Assembly: GCA_050176815.1 (NCBI GenBank)
Contig: JBFXHR010000012.1
Location: forward strand, 15-64,014
Reading direction: 5' to 3'
DNA: 64,000 bases
From: Kiritimatiellia bacterium
GTDB lineage: Bacteria > Verrucomicrobiota > Kiritimatiellia > CAIQIC01 > Lenti-01
The position numbers and the translations under genes were made by a program. How positions within the stretch are numbered: the stretch's first letter is position 1; every line of letters starts with the position of its first letter. Below are positions 18,840-27,051 of this stretch, one piece after another. The notes beneath the pieces were generated by a model. That model was given only the letters and a program-made list of their open reading frames with translations, was not told the origin of the DNA and searched no databases.

Positions 18840-19925
18840 ATGAAAATCCTGATCACCGGTGGGTGCGGCTTTGTCGGCTCCGTTCTGGCCCGCAGCCTGT
18901 TGGAAGCGCGCGCAGGCCTGGAGATCGTGGGGATGGACAACTTGATCCGCCCGGGAAGCGAGATCCATCGCAGGACCCTGAACGCCCTCGGCGTCCGGCT
19001 GGTGCATGGGGACATCCGCTCCGCAAGCGATTTCGAGGGGTTGCCAAAGCTCGATTACGTGATCGATGCCGCCGCCTTGCCCAGCGTGCTGGCCGGAGTG
19101 GATGGACAGACCAGCAGCCGGCAGCTGATGGAACACAACCTCTACGGAACGGTCAATATCCTGGAACGATGCAAACGGGATGGGGCCGGATACATCCTGT
19201 TCAATACGAGCCGCGTCTATTCGATCCCCCCCTTGGCGGCCCTGCCGCTCCAGGTAGACGCGGAGGCTTACGTTCCCGACTTCAACCTCGTCGAGATCGA
19301 GGGGATGAGCCATCGGGGACTCGACGAGCGGTTCTCGACGAACCCGCCGCTGTCCCTTTACGGGACGTCCAAGCTGACTTCGGAAATCATCGCCCTGGAA
19401 TATGGGTCGTCGTTCGGCTTCCCCGTTTGGAGCAATCGGTGCGGCGTATTGGCGGGGGGGGGGCAATTGGGCCGTCCAGACCAGGGCGTTTTTTCGTATT
19501 GGATCCACAGCTGGCGCGAACGGAAGCCGCTCCGGTACGTCGGCTTCGATGGACGCGGGCACCAGGTTCGGGATTGCCTCCATCCGCGCGACCTGGTCGA
19601 GCTGCTCTTGAAACAAATGGACTACTGCGGAAACGACAAACCCCGGGTGCAGAACCTGTCCGGCGGAATGGAATCCGCGACTTCTTTGGCGCAATTGAGC
19701 CGCTGGTGCGAAGGCCGTTTTGGAAAACACTCCGTGGGGAGCGATGCGGCCTCCCGCCCGCATGACGTGCCCTGGCTCGTCCTGGATTCCCGTCTGGCGA
19801 AAGCCCAGTGGGGGTGGGAACCGCACACGCCCAAAGAAGCCATTTTCGAAGAGATTGCCCGCCACGCGGAAGAGCATCCCGACTGGTTGTCCTTGTCCTC
19901 CACCCCCTCGAGCGGAGTCCCATGA
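18840..19925 (+). CDS. NAD-dependent epimerase/dehydratase (extended SDR)
   Basis: MKILITGGCGFVGSVLARSL Rossmann motif and a YxxxK-like catalytic region (LYGTSKL). Start at ATG 18840. Confidence 0.8.
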   Translation: MKILITGGCGFVGSVLARSLLEARAGLEIVGMDNLIRPGSEIHRRTLNALGVRLVHGDIRSASDFEGLPKLDYVIDAAALPSVLAGVDGQTSSRQLMEHNLYGTVNILERCKRDGAGYILFNTSRVYSIPPLAALPLQVDAEAYVPDFNLVEIEGMSHRGLDERFSTNPPLSLYGTSKLTSEIIALEYGSSFGFPVWSNRCGVLAGGGQLGRPDQGVFSYWIHSWRERKPLRYVGFDGRGHQVRDCLHPRDLVELLLKQMDYCGNDKPRVQNLSGGMESATSLAQLSRWCEGRFGKHSVGSDAASRPHDVPWLVLDSRLAKAQWGWEPHTPKEAIFEEIARHAEEHPDWLSLSSTPSSGVP

Positions 19926-20713
19926 AGGAGCCCCCCGCCCGCCCCGCCGCATCCGAGGAACCGCTCAAGCTCCTGTCGGTCGTCATCCCCGCGCAAGACG
20001 AGGAAGGATGCCTGGCCGAGACCCTCGGACATCTGCATTCCACCTTGACGCTCCATGGAATCCCCCATGAAATCATTGTCGTGGACGATGGCAGTGCGGA
20101 TTCGACCTGGAGCCTTCTGCAAGGATTGAGCCCCGCCCTGCCCGAACTCCGCCCGGTTCAAAACGGCGGGCCTCGTGGATTTGGATGCGCCATCCGCTGC
20201 GGGCTCGAGCAGGTGACCGGAGATGCCGTCGTCATCGTGATGGCGGACGAGTCGGACGATTGCCGAGATGTCGTGGCCTACTGGGAAACCTTGAAAAAAG
20301 GGTACGACTGCGTATTCGGCAGCCGCTTCATGAAAGGCGGCGGCACCCGGGATTATCCGCCCCTCAAATACGTGCTGAACCGCATGGCGAACGGATTCAT
20401 CCGGTTGCTCTTCGGGATCAAGCTGAATGATACCACCAATGCCTTCAAAGCCTATCGGACCCGCGTCATCCAGGGGTGCATGCCCTTGCTCTCCATGCAC
20501 TTCAACTTGACGGTCGAATTGCCGCTCAAGGCGATCTGCCGGGGATACTCCTGGACCACCATCCCCATCACCTGGCGGAATCGGCAGTCCGGGGTGGCCA
20601 AACTGAAAATCAAGGAAATGGGCAGTCGTTACTTCTTCATCGTCATGTACGTCTGGCTTGAAAAATACTTCGGCCGCAGGGAGTGCAAAATCCGGCCCGA
20701 CGAGCGGGGATAA
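19922..20713 (+). CDS. GT2 glycosyltransferase, dolichol/polyprenyl-phosphate mannosyltransferase (DPM1)-like
   Basis: LSVVIPAQDEE...IIVVDDGSADST...VVIVMADESDD...TNAFKAYRTRV, typical of Dpm1/ArnC-type polyprenyl-P-sugar synthases. ATGA overlap with the epimerase stop (19922-19925). Confidence 0.8.
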   Translation: MKEPPARPAASEEPLKLLSVVIPAQDEEGCLAETLGHLHSTLTLHGIPHEIIVVDDGSADSTWSLLQGLSPALPELRPVQNGGPRGFGCAIRCGLEQVTGDAVVIVMADESDDCRDVVAYWETLKKGYDCVFGSRFMKGGGTRDYPPLKYVLNRMANGFIRLLFGIKLNDTTNAFKAYRTRVIQGCMPLLSMHFNLTVELPLKAICRGYSWTTIPITWRNRQSGVAKLKIKEMGSRYFFIVMYVWLEKYFGRRECKIRPDERG

Positions 20714-20967
20714 AACCCGTTCGCGCCTTCCCGGCCTCGTCGCCCATCTCATGCTGCCGCGAGATCCCGTGCGGCACTTCTGCGCCTTGGGGATGCCTCG
20801 ACCGGCCGCGGCCGGCCCGGCTTTGCCGAGGACATAGCCGCCCCCACCTTGTTTTCCGCCGGATCCATATCCTCCGGGAAAAGACCATGGAGGTACGGCG
20901 ATCGCGCGACCATCCAATTTTGGCCTTGTCGAAATCCAGAAAGCCTTCCAGATTGGATGGAAACGAG

Positions 20968-21133
20968 CCTCCCCGATGGCCACCCCCCTTTTCATCCCCA
21001 CCCTGAACGAGCTCGAAGCCATGCGCGTCGTCCGGCCCCAGATCGACCGCTCGCGGGTGGACCGGATTCTGGGGGTGGGCGGTTCGACCGACGCCGCCGC
21101 CGGGCATGTCCGCGAGACCGGGTTCCGGAATTA
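20968..21133 (+). pseudogene. Duplicated 5' fragment of the GT2 gene at 17793 (54-codon remnant ORF) immediately upstream of a TMTC-like gene
   Basis: 20965-21080 is about 85-90% identical to 17790-17905 (MATPLFIPTLNELEAMRVVRPQIDR... versus MATTLFIPTLNELEAMRVVLPQIDR...), then diverges and stops at TAG 21131-21133. Confidence 0.5.
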
Positions 21134-21145
21134 GATTTCTCCGCC

Positions 21146-23212
21146 ATGCAAGCCCAGGTCGCATCCCAACCGCGGTCGGCGCCCCACCCCCCGGCCGGCC
21201 GACGGCGGGTTTGGTTGCTTCCGGCTCTGTTGGCGTTGGTTCTGTTTGCCCCGGCCGTCGGATTCGATTTCATCAACTACGACGACGACCGCTACGTCTA
21301 CGACAATCCCCGCGTCACGGGCGGACCGACCGTGGAGAATCTGCGATGGGCGTTCACGGCCGTCCACGAGGACTGGTGGCTGCCGGTCCTGTGGATTTCC
21401 TACATGCTCGATTCGGCCCTGCTGGGCAAGGCTCCGGGGGGCTATCACCTGGTGAACGTGCTGTTGCACGCCGCGAATGCGGGCCTGCTCGGCTGGACGC
21501 TCTATCGCCTGACCCGCGCCCGCTGGCGCAGTCTCGCGGTGGCCGCGCTGTGGGCCGCGCATCCGCTGCGCATCGAATCCGTCGCCTGGATCACCGAACG
21601 CAAGGACGTGCTGAGCGGACTGTTCTTCTTTCTCGCGCTGCTCGCCTACGTCCGCCACGTCGAACGACCGTCCGCCGTTCGTTTCGGCCTCGTGTTCGGC
21701 GCCATGCTTCTCGGCCTGGCATCCAAGGCCTCGGTCATCGTCCTGCCGATTCTCCTCCTGTTGCTGGATTTCTGGCCCCTGCGCCGCGCCGAGCTCCCGT
21801 GGACGTCCGGCGCGGGAAAACCGTGGCGGCGCCTCGTCGCGGAAAAAATCCCGCTGTTTGCGCTGGCCGCGGTCTTTGCGGCCATCAATCTGCGCACGCA
21901 CGCCGGCGGAACCGGGCTCGGGTTGGATTACTCTTGGAGCCAGCGGGTCGCGTTGATTCCCGGCAACGTCTGGACCTACCTGCGGCTCGTGGCCTGGCCC
22001 GCGCATCTTTCCGTCTTCTATCCCGAAAACGATGCCGTGCCGATCGGCTCCGCGCTGGTCGCCCTGGCGGGACTGGCCGGGCTGACCGGCTGGTTCGCCC
22101 GACAAGCCCGGCGGCGCCCCCATTGGCCGGTCGGCTGGCTTTGGTTTCTCGTCGCGCTCCTGCCGATTCTCCGCGGCGTCCGCCTCGGAAACGCGGCCTA
22201 TGCCGACCGCTTCACGTATCTCCCTTCCATCGGGTTGACCCTGGCCGTCGTCTGGCAAGCGATGGGCGGCGCGGAGCGGAGCGCCGCCGCCCGCAGGGCA
22301 GGAGCGGGAGTCCTCGCGCTCCTGCTGGCCGCGTGCGTGGGCCAGACGGCCGCGGTTCTGCCGGCGTGGCGCCATTCGATTGGGCTTTATGAATACGCCC
22401 TGCGCTCGGAACCGGCCAACCCCGTTCTGCTCAACAATCTCGGAACCGCCCTGATGCTGGAGCAACGCAACGAAGAGGCCCTCGATCATTTCCGGCGCTC
22501 CCTCGCCGCCAATCCGGCCTATCTGCCCGCCCGGGCCAACCAGGCGCTGGTCCTGCATCGACTCGGCCGCCTCGCGGAAAGCCGGGCCGCGGCGGACCAA
22601 GGCCTCGACTGGGAACAGAATTCGCCGCCCCTCAACCACATGCTGGCCTCGCTTCTGCTGGGCGAAACGCCGCCGGAACCTCGGGCCGCGTTGCCGGATT
22701 CCCTCTCCCCCCGGGATCTGGGCCGACTGCTGGAACGCGGCTCCCTTCCGGCCGTGCTGGAGTTCCGCGATCTCTACCGCCGGCCGGCGCCCGCGCTCCT
22801 CGCGGAAATCCGGTCCGTCCAACTGGACTACGTCCGGCTGTGGCGCAGCGGCCGGAAGGACCGGGCCTGGCGTTTTTTCCTCTTTGCGCTGGCCGCCAAT
22901 CCGCACGACGTGTCCCTGCTCAACGATGCCGCCTGGCTGCTGGCCACCGATTCCGCGCCGCCCGCCGATGCGCGGCGCGCCCTCCTCCTGGCCCGGCGGG
23001 CCCATCGCCTCGCCGCGCCCCATCTCCAGGCTTCCATCCTCGACACGCTCGCCGCCGCGCTCGCCGCCGCCGGCCACTTCGACGAAGCGCAACGTGCCGC
23101 GCAAGAGGCCATCGGCTTGGCCACGCAAGCCGGCGACGCCCGCGCCGCCGACCAGATTTCCGCGCGCCTCGAAACCTATCGCAACCGCAAACCGTGGCGA
23201 GACGCCCCGTGA
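21146..23212 (+). CDS. TPR-repeat protein with N-terminal GT-C (PMT/TMTC-like, DUF1736-type) membrane domain. Putative protein O-mannosyl/glycosyltransferase, paralog 1.
   Basis: N-terminus FDFINYDDDRYVYDNPRV...HLVNVLLHAANAGLL...WAAHPLRIESVAWITERKDVLSGLFF, a signature shared with eukaryotic TMTC and bacterial DUF1736 proteins. C-terminal half is TPR-like repeats. Confidence 0.75.
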   Translation: MQAQVASQPRSAPHPPAGRRRVWLLPALLALVLFAPAVGFDFINYDDDRYVYDNPRVTGGPTVENLRWAFTAVHEDWWLPVLWISYMLDSALLGKAPGGYHLVNVLLHAANAGLLGWTLYRLTRARWRSLAVAALWAAHPLRIESVAWITERKDVLSGLFFFLALLAYVRHVERPSAVRFGLVFGAMLLGLASKASVIVLPILLLLLDFWPLRRAELPWTSGAGKPWRRLVAEKIPLFALAAVFAAINLRTHAGGTGLGLDYSWSQRVALIPGNVWTYLRLVAWPAHLSVFYPENDAVPIGSALVALAGLAGLTGWFARQARRRPHWPVGWLWFLVALLPILRGVRLGNAAYADRFTYLPSIGLTLAVVWQAMGGAERSAAARRAGAGVLALLLAACVGQTAAVLPAWRHSIGLYEYALRSEPANPVLLNNLGTALMLEQRNEEALDHFRRSLAANPAYLPARANQALVLHRLGRLAESRAAADQGLDWEQNSPPLNHMLASLLLGETPPEPRAALPDSLSPRDLGRLLERGSLPAVLEFRDLYRRPAPALLAEIRSVQLDYVRLWRSGRKDRAWRFFLFALAANPHDVSLLNDAAWLLATDSAPPADARRALLLARRAHRLAAPHLQASILDTLAAALAAAGHFDEAQRAAQEAIGLATQAGDARAADQISARLETYRNRKPWRDAP

Positions 23213-23458
23213 GTCCCCGCGCCGGACTTTCCGCCCCCACGCCTTTTTCCGCCTTTTTCCAAGGCCGTGTTTTTCGCCGATCTTTCGGCGGACGCGGCAT
23301 TTCCGCCGCATTTCTTCGGGTAAAACGATGCTGATTTATTTTTCACTTTTTGCATTGCCAGACCTTGCGCACCCGTGGTAAAAACAAAACCAAGATTGGA
23401 AAGGGTTTTTTCTTTCCACCGACAGTTTAAAAAGAAACGAATACCAAAGGAGAACACG

Positions 23459-24184
23459 ATGAAGAAATTGGCAATTGGTTTGACGATCGCCCTGGTGGCG
23501 GGAATGGCCTCGGCCGCGATTCTCGGATCGGACGACTTTAGCTATACCGGCGCGTTGACCGCCAATGGCTGGGTCGCCTACAGCGGCACGGACGGCAGCG
23601 TCACCGCCAACGGCAGCGTGGCCGCGGTCGGTTCGGGCGCGGAAGACATCCGCATGACGGCGTTTGGCGATCAGGGCAGCGGGACGGTCTATGCGTCCTT
23701 CACCCTGAACCTGCTTTCGGCCGCCACGGGCAGCGCCTACACGTTCGGCTTCATCGATGGTGCGACCATGGAAAGCCGCTGGGGCTTCACCGCCACCGCC
23801 TCGGACTACAGCATGGCCTCCTACGGCACGGGCACCGCCGTTATCGGCAACTCGTCCGCGATGTCCTTCTCGACGGACTACCTGATCACGATGAGCTACA
23901 ACGCCACGACGTTCACCCACAGCCTGTGGATCAACTCCGACGGCACCGATGAAGCCACCCCCGACATGACCCTCTCCGCGGGGACCAACACGGGCATCGA
24001 CAGCTTCTTCATCCGCCAGGCGACTCCGTTCGGCGCGGGCAGCGCGTCCTACACGGTGGACAGCCTGGTGGTCGGCTCGACGTTCGCGGACGTTACTCCG
24101 GCCGCCGTTCCCGAGCCCGCCACGATGGGCCTCCTCGGCCTCGGCGCCCTCGCGATGGTCCTCCGCCGCAAGATGAGCAAGTAA
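23459..24184 (+). CDS. PEP-CTERM sorting-domain secreted protein
   Basis: Signal peptide MKKLAIGLTIALVAGMASA. C-terminus VPEPATMGLLGLGALAMVLRRKMSK (PEP motif, TM helix, basic tail). Ser/Thr/Gly/Asn-rich body. Shine-Dalgarno aaggag 7 nt upstream of the ATG. Confidence 0.8.
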   Translation: MKKLAIGLTIALVAGMASAAILGSDDFSYTGALTANGWVAYSGTDGSVTANGSVAAVGSGAEDIRMTAFGDQGSGTVYASFTLNLLSAATGSAYTFGFIDGATMESRWGFTATASDYSMASYGTGTAVIGNSSAMSFSTDYLITMSYNATTFTHSLWINSDGTDEATPDMTLSAGTNTGIDSFFIRQATPFGAGSASYTVDSLVVGSTFADVTPAAVPEPATMGLLGLGALAMVLRRKMSK

Positions 24185-24207
24185 TTCCGATCTGATCGGA
24201 AACAAAA

Positions 24208-24234
24208 CCGCCGGGTTCGCCCGGCGGTTTTTTC
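24208..24234 (+). terminator. Intrinsic terminator after the PEP-CTERM gene
   Basis: GC hairpin ccgccgggttcgcccggcgg followed by tttttt. Confidence 0.55.
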
Positions 24235-24246
24235 GTGCCCTCTCTT

Positions 24247-24330
24247 CGGCGGTTCAGGTAGGGACGGCTCTCCGAGCCGTCCGTTTTCTTGCATATTCGG
24301 ACATCTCTTAGAGATGTCCCTACCACATCG
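24247..24330. repeat. REP-like compound palindromic element (GGTAGGGACG...hairpin...hairpin...CGTCCCTACC), copy 1, at the 3' end of the RAYT gene
   Basis: ggtaggGACGGCTCtccGAGCCGTCcgttttcttgcatattcGGACATCTCttaGAGATGTCCctacc. Its GTAGGGAC arm overlaps the RAYT stop codon. Confidence 0.6.
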
Positions 24331-24781
24331 GCGTCGGGACCTCCCACACGTGCGGCCAGTCCTCTGCTCGTGCAGTCAGCCCTTTGCGCACCGGATTCTG
24401 CCGGACGTAAAACGCCTTCTCTTCGTATTCCGTCGCGTGGCGGATGCGATGGTCGAAGAAATCCCGCGGCCATTCGATTCCCAACGTCCGCGCCGTCCAG
24501 CGCTTCCATTCCCTCATCACGGCCTTCATGCCGGGATTTTCCGGGAAACTGGCCATCAGATGCACGTGGTCGGGCATAACCAGAAACAGGCGCACCCACC
24601 AGCGGCCGGCCTCCATTTGCCGGCGGGCGTTCTCCCACAGCCGCCGGGGGCAGTCCATTTCCAGCAAGGGCGAACCGCCGCGCGATTTCGCGTTCAGGGT
24701 AATGAAAAACACCGCGCCGGCGGCGACCCACGGCGGCACCTCGTGCGGCAATCGCTTCCGCTGTGGAAGGAAATCGTTCAT
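24320..24781 (-). CDS. REP-associated tyrosine transposase (RAYT; IS200/IS605 Y1-HUH family, TnpA_REP-like)
   Basis: 153-aa product from MNDFLPQRKRLPH... with HUH motif MPDHVHLM. Flanked on both sides by the same palindromic repeat family. The ORF-track upstream extension is rejected. Confidence 0.7.
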   Translation of the reverse strand: MNDFLPQRKRLPHEVPPWVAAGAVFFITLNAKSRGGSPLLEMDCPRRLWENARRQMEAGRWWVRLFLVMPDHVHLMASFPENPGMKAVMREWKRWTARTLGIEWPRDFFDHRIRHATEYEEKAFYVRQNPVRKGLTARAEDWPHVWEVPTPMW

Positions 24782-24839
24782 CGTCGAAAAACGTATTTCC
24801 CCTGCGCCCGGCGAGCCGAAAGCTTTGAAGGCTGTTTGG

Positions 24840-24915
24840 CCGGAAGGTAGGGACGCTTCCACGAAGCGTCCGCGCTCTTCCCCAAACGGACGCCTCGCAG
24901 AGGCGTCCCTACCAT
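24840..24915. repeat. REP-like compound palindromic element, copy 2, just upstream of the RAYT start
   Basis: ggtaggGACGCTTCcacGAAGCGTCcgcgctcttccccaaacGGACGCCTCgcaGAGGCGTCCctacc. Same architecture as copy 1. Confidence 0.6.
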
Positions 24916-27023
24916 CCCTCCCGGTAGGCCTTTCCCTCCCGATACAGCGCCAGCCGCTTTTCGATTTCCCGCGCCAGCGCTTCATCCTTCGCCAACGCCA
25001 GCGCCTGCTCGCCGGCTTCCACGGCGCCCGCGTAATCTCCGGCCGCCGCCCGCGCGACGCCCAGCGTGTCCAGCACCGTTCCGGATTTCCATTGCGTTGC
25101 TTCCACGGCCCGTTCGGCCAAGCCCACCGCCCGCGCGACGATGTCCGGCGGCGTGCGTTCGTCCGTCGCCGCCAGCCAAGCCACGTTGTTCAGCAACTGG
25201 ACGTTCTGGCCCCACTCCGATTCAAGCAACCGATCGAAGTACCGCCAGGCGTAGGCCCGACCGCCCATCTGCCATTGAACCACGTAGTGCGGAAACAGCG
25301 ATTCATAGGCGGGCTGAATCGTCCCGCCCGCCCGGCGCGCGGATTCCACCAGCCGCCGGGCCTCGCTGGAACGTCCGGCCTCCAGATAGGCCCGGAGAAG
25401 TTCGTTGAGAATCCTCGCGTCGGCCGGCCGTCGCCGCCGCGCATCCTGCAGATGCGGAATCGCCTCCCCCGGGCGGCCTTCATGGAGCAGGGACATTCCC
25501 CAGGCGGTGGGGACCATCCAATATGCAGAGGGATCGTTCTGCCAAGACCGCAACACTTCGCGCGCCTCCTCGGTCCGGCCTTGCAGGACTTGGACGTATC
25601 CCAGATTGCCGGCGCAAATCGAGCGCTCCGCCTGATTTTGCACCTGAAGATCCAGCACCCGCTCGAAATGGCTTTCCGCTTCCTCCACGTCCCCCCGGGA
25701 AAAATGCCAGACCCCGGAGTTCATCAAAGCAATCGGCTGCCCGGGCGAAATCGCCAGCGCCCGCTCCAGCAAAGCGCCCGAGTCTTTCCAGACCGGCAAT
25801 TGCCGACGGGTCCATCCGGCCGCCACCGCCAAGGACAATCCCCCCGCCACGATCCACGCCCGGGTCCGCCCTCCCGCCGTTGCCAGCCATCCGGCTACGG
25901 CCAAAGACAGACCCATGGCCGGCAAGTAGGCGTAGCGGTCCGCGCGGCTCTGCGCGCCAAACGCCACGATGCCGCTCACCGGCAGCAGCGCCAAGACGAA
26001 CCACAGCCAGCCGACCAGTCCGGCCGGCCGGGTCCGCCGTCCATGTCCAACCGCCCACGTCCCCGCCGCGATCAGCGCCGCCGCGACCGCCACGCGCGTG
26101 GCGGTCAGCCCCGCATCGGCATACAGCACCGCCAGATTCCGGGGAACCAGCGTCCGCCACAGGTAGAAAACGATGTGGAGCGGCACGCGCGCCAGCCGCG
26201 CGCCAAGGCTTTCCGGATGCAGGCTTCCGGCCGCTTCGTGTCCCAGCACCGACAAGGCCGCCGAGGCGGCGGCCAGCCCCCAGAACAGCCATTTTTCCGC
26301 GATCAGACCGGGCCACTTCCGCAGATCCTGAGCCGTCCACTTCACCCGGCCCAACGGCCAAACATCCAATAGGAGCAGCAAGCCCGGCACGACCATCAGG
26401 GTCGATTTAGACATCAGACCCAACGCGAGCAACCCCGCCGCAGCGTAGAACCAGCCCCGCGCGCGGCGCGTTCCCGAACGGCTTTGGACATAGGCTCCAA
26501 GGCACAGGAGAAAAAACAGGCCGCTCAGCACGTCCTTGCGGCAGGAAACCCACGCAACGGCCTCCACCCGCAACGGATGCCACGCCCAGAACAGCGCGGC
26601 CCAGCAGGCCGCCCAGCGGTTCCCGGTCCAGCGGCGCAGCAGCCCAAACAACAGCACGGCATTCAGGGCGTGCAGCAGAACGTTGGTGAAGTGAAACGGA
26701 AACGGCCGGCGCCCGCCCCATTCCACGTCCAGCGCGTAGGACAAGCCCGTCAGCGGAATCCACAGGTTTTCCTGCATCGTCCCGAAAATCGTCCGCACCC
26801 CTTCCCCCGTGAAGCCGTTGGCCACCGCGGGATTGTCGACGACGTAGCGGTCGTCGTCCAGCAAGACGAAGTCGTAGCCCGTCGCCGGCCAAAAGACCGC
26901 CAAGGTTGAAGCCAAAATCAACAGCCCCAGGAATACATCAACGTGGCGGCGGAAAAAGCCGGTTGGCAGCGGAGATTTCACGCTGGTCTTCCTAGCCGAT
27001 TGGCAAACCGAAAACCAGTTCAA
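24909..27023 (-). CDS. TPR-repeat / GT-C (TMTC/PMT-like) membrane glycosyltransferase, paralog 2
   Basis: YDFVLLDDDRYVVDNPAV...HFTNVLLHALNAVLL...WAWHPLRVEAVAWVSCRKDVLSGLFF. C-terminal TPR repeats. Same domain order as 21146..23212. Confidence 0.75.
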   Translation of the reverse strand: MNWFSVCQSARKTSVKSPLPTGFFRRHVDVFLGLLILASTLAVFWPATGYDFVLLDDDRYVVDNPAVANGFTGEGVRTIFGTMQENLWIPLTGLSYALDVEWGGRRPFPFHFTNVLLHALNAVLLFGLLRRWTGNRWAACWAALFWAWHPLRVEAVAWVSCRKDVLSGLFFLLCLGAYVQSRSGTRRARGWFYAAAGLLALGLMSKSTLMVVPGLLLLLDVWPLGRVKWTAQDLRKWPGLIAEKWLFWGLAAASAALSVLGHEAAGSLHPESLGARLARVPLHIVFYLWRTLVPRNLAVLYADAGLTATRVAVAAALIAAGTWAVGHGRRTRPAGLVGWLWFVLALLPVSGIVAFGAQSRADRYAYLPAMGLSLAVAGWLATAGGRTRAWIVAGGLSLAVAAGWTRRQLPVWKDSGALLERALAISPGQPIALMNSGVWHFSRGDVEEAESHFERVLDLQVQNQAERSICAGNLGYVQVLQGRTEEAREVLRSWQNDPSAYWMVPTAWGMSLLHEGRPGEAIPHLQDARRRRPADARILNELLRAYLEAGRSSEARRLVESARRAGGTIQPAYESLFPHYVVQWQMGGRAYAWRYFDRLLESEWGQNVQLLNNVAWLAATDERTPPDIVARAVGLAERAVEATQWKSGTVLDTLGVARAAAGDYAGAVEAGEQALALAKDEALAREIEKRLALYREGKAYREGW

Positions 27024-27051
27024 ATCCGGCGCCGGCCGTTTTCGCAGGCAA

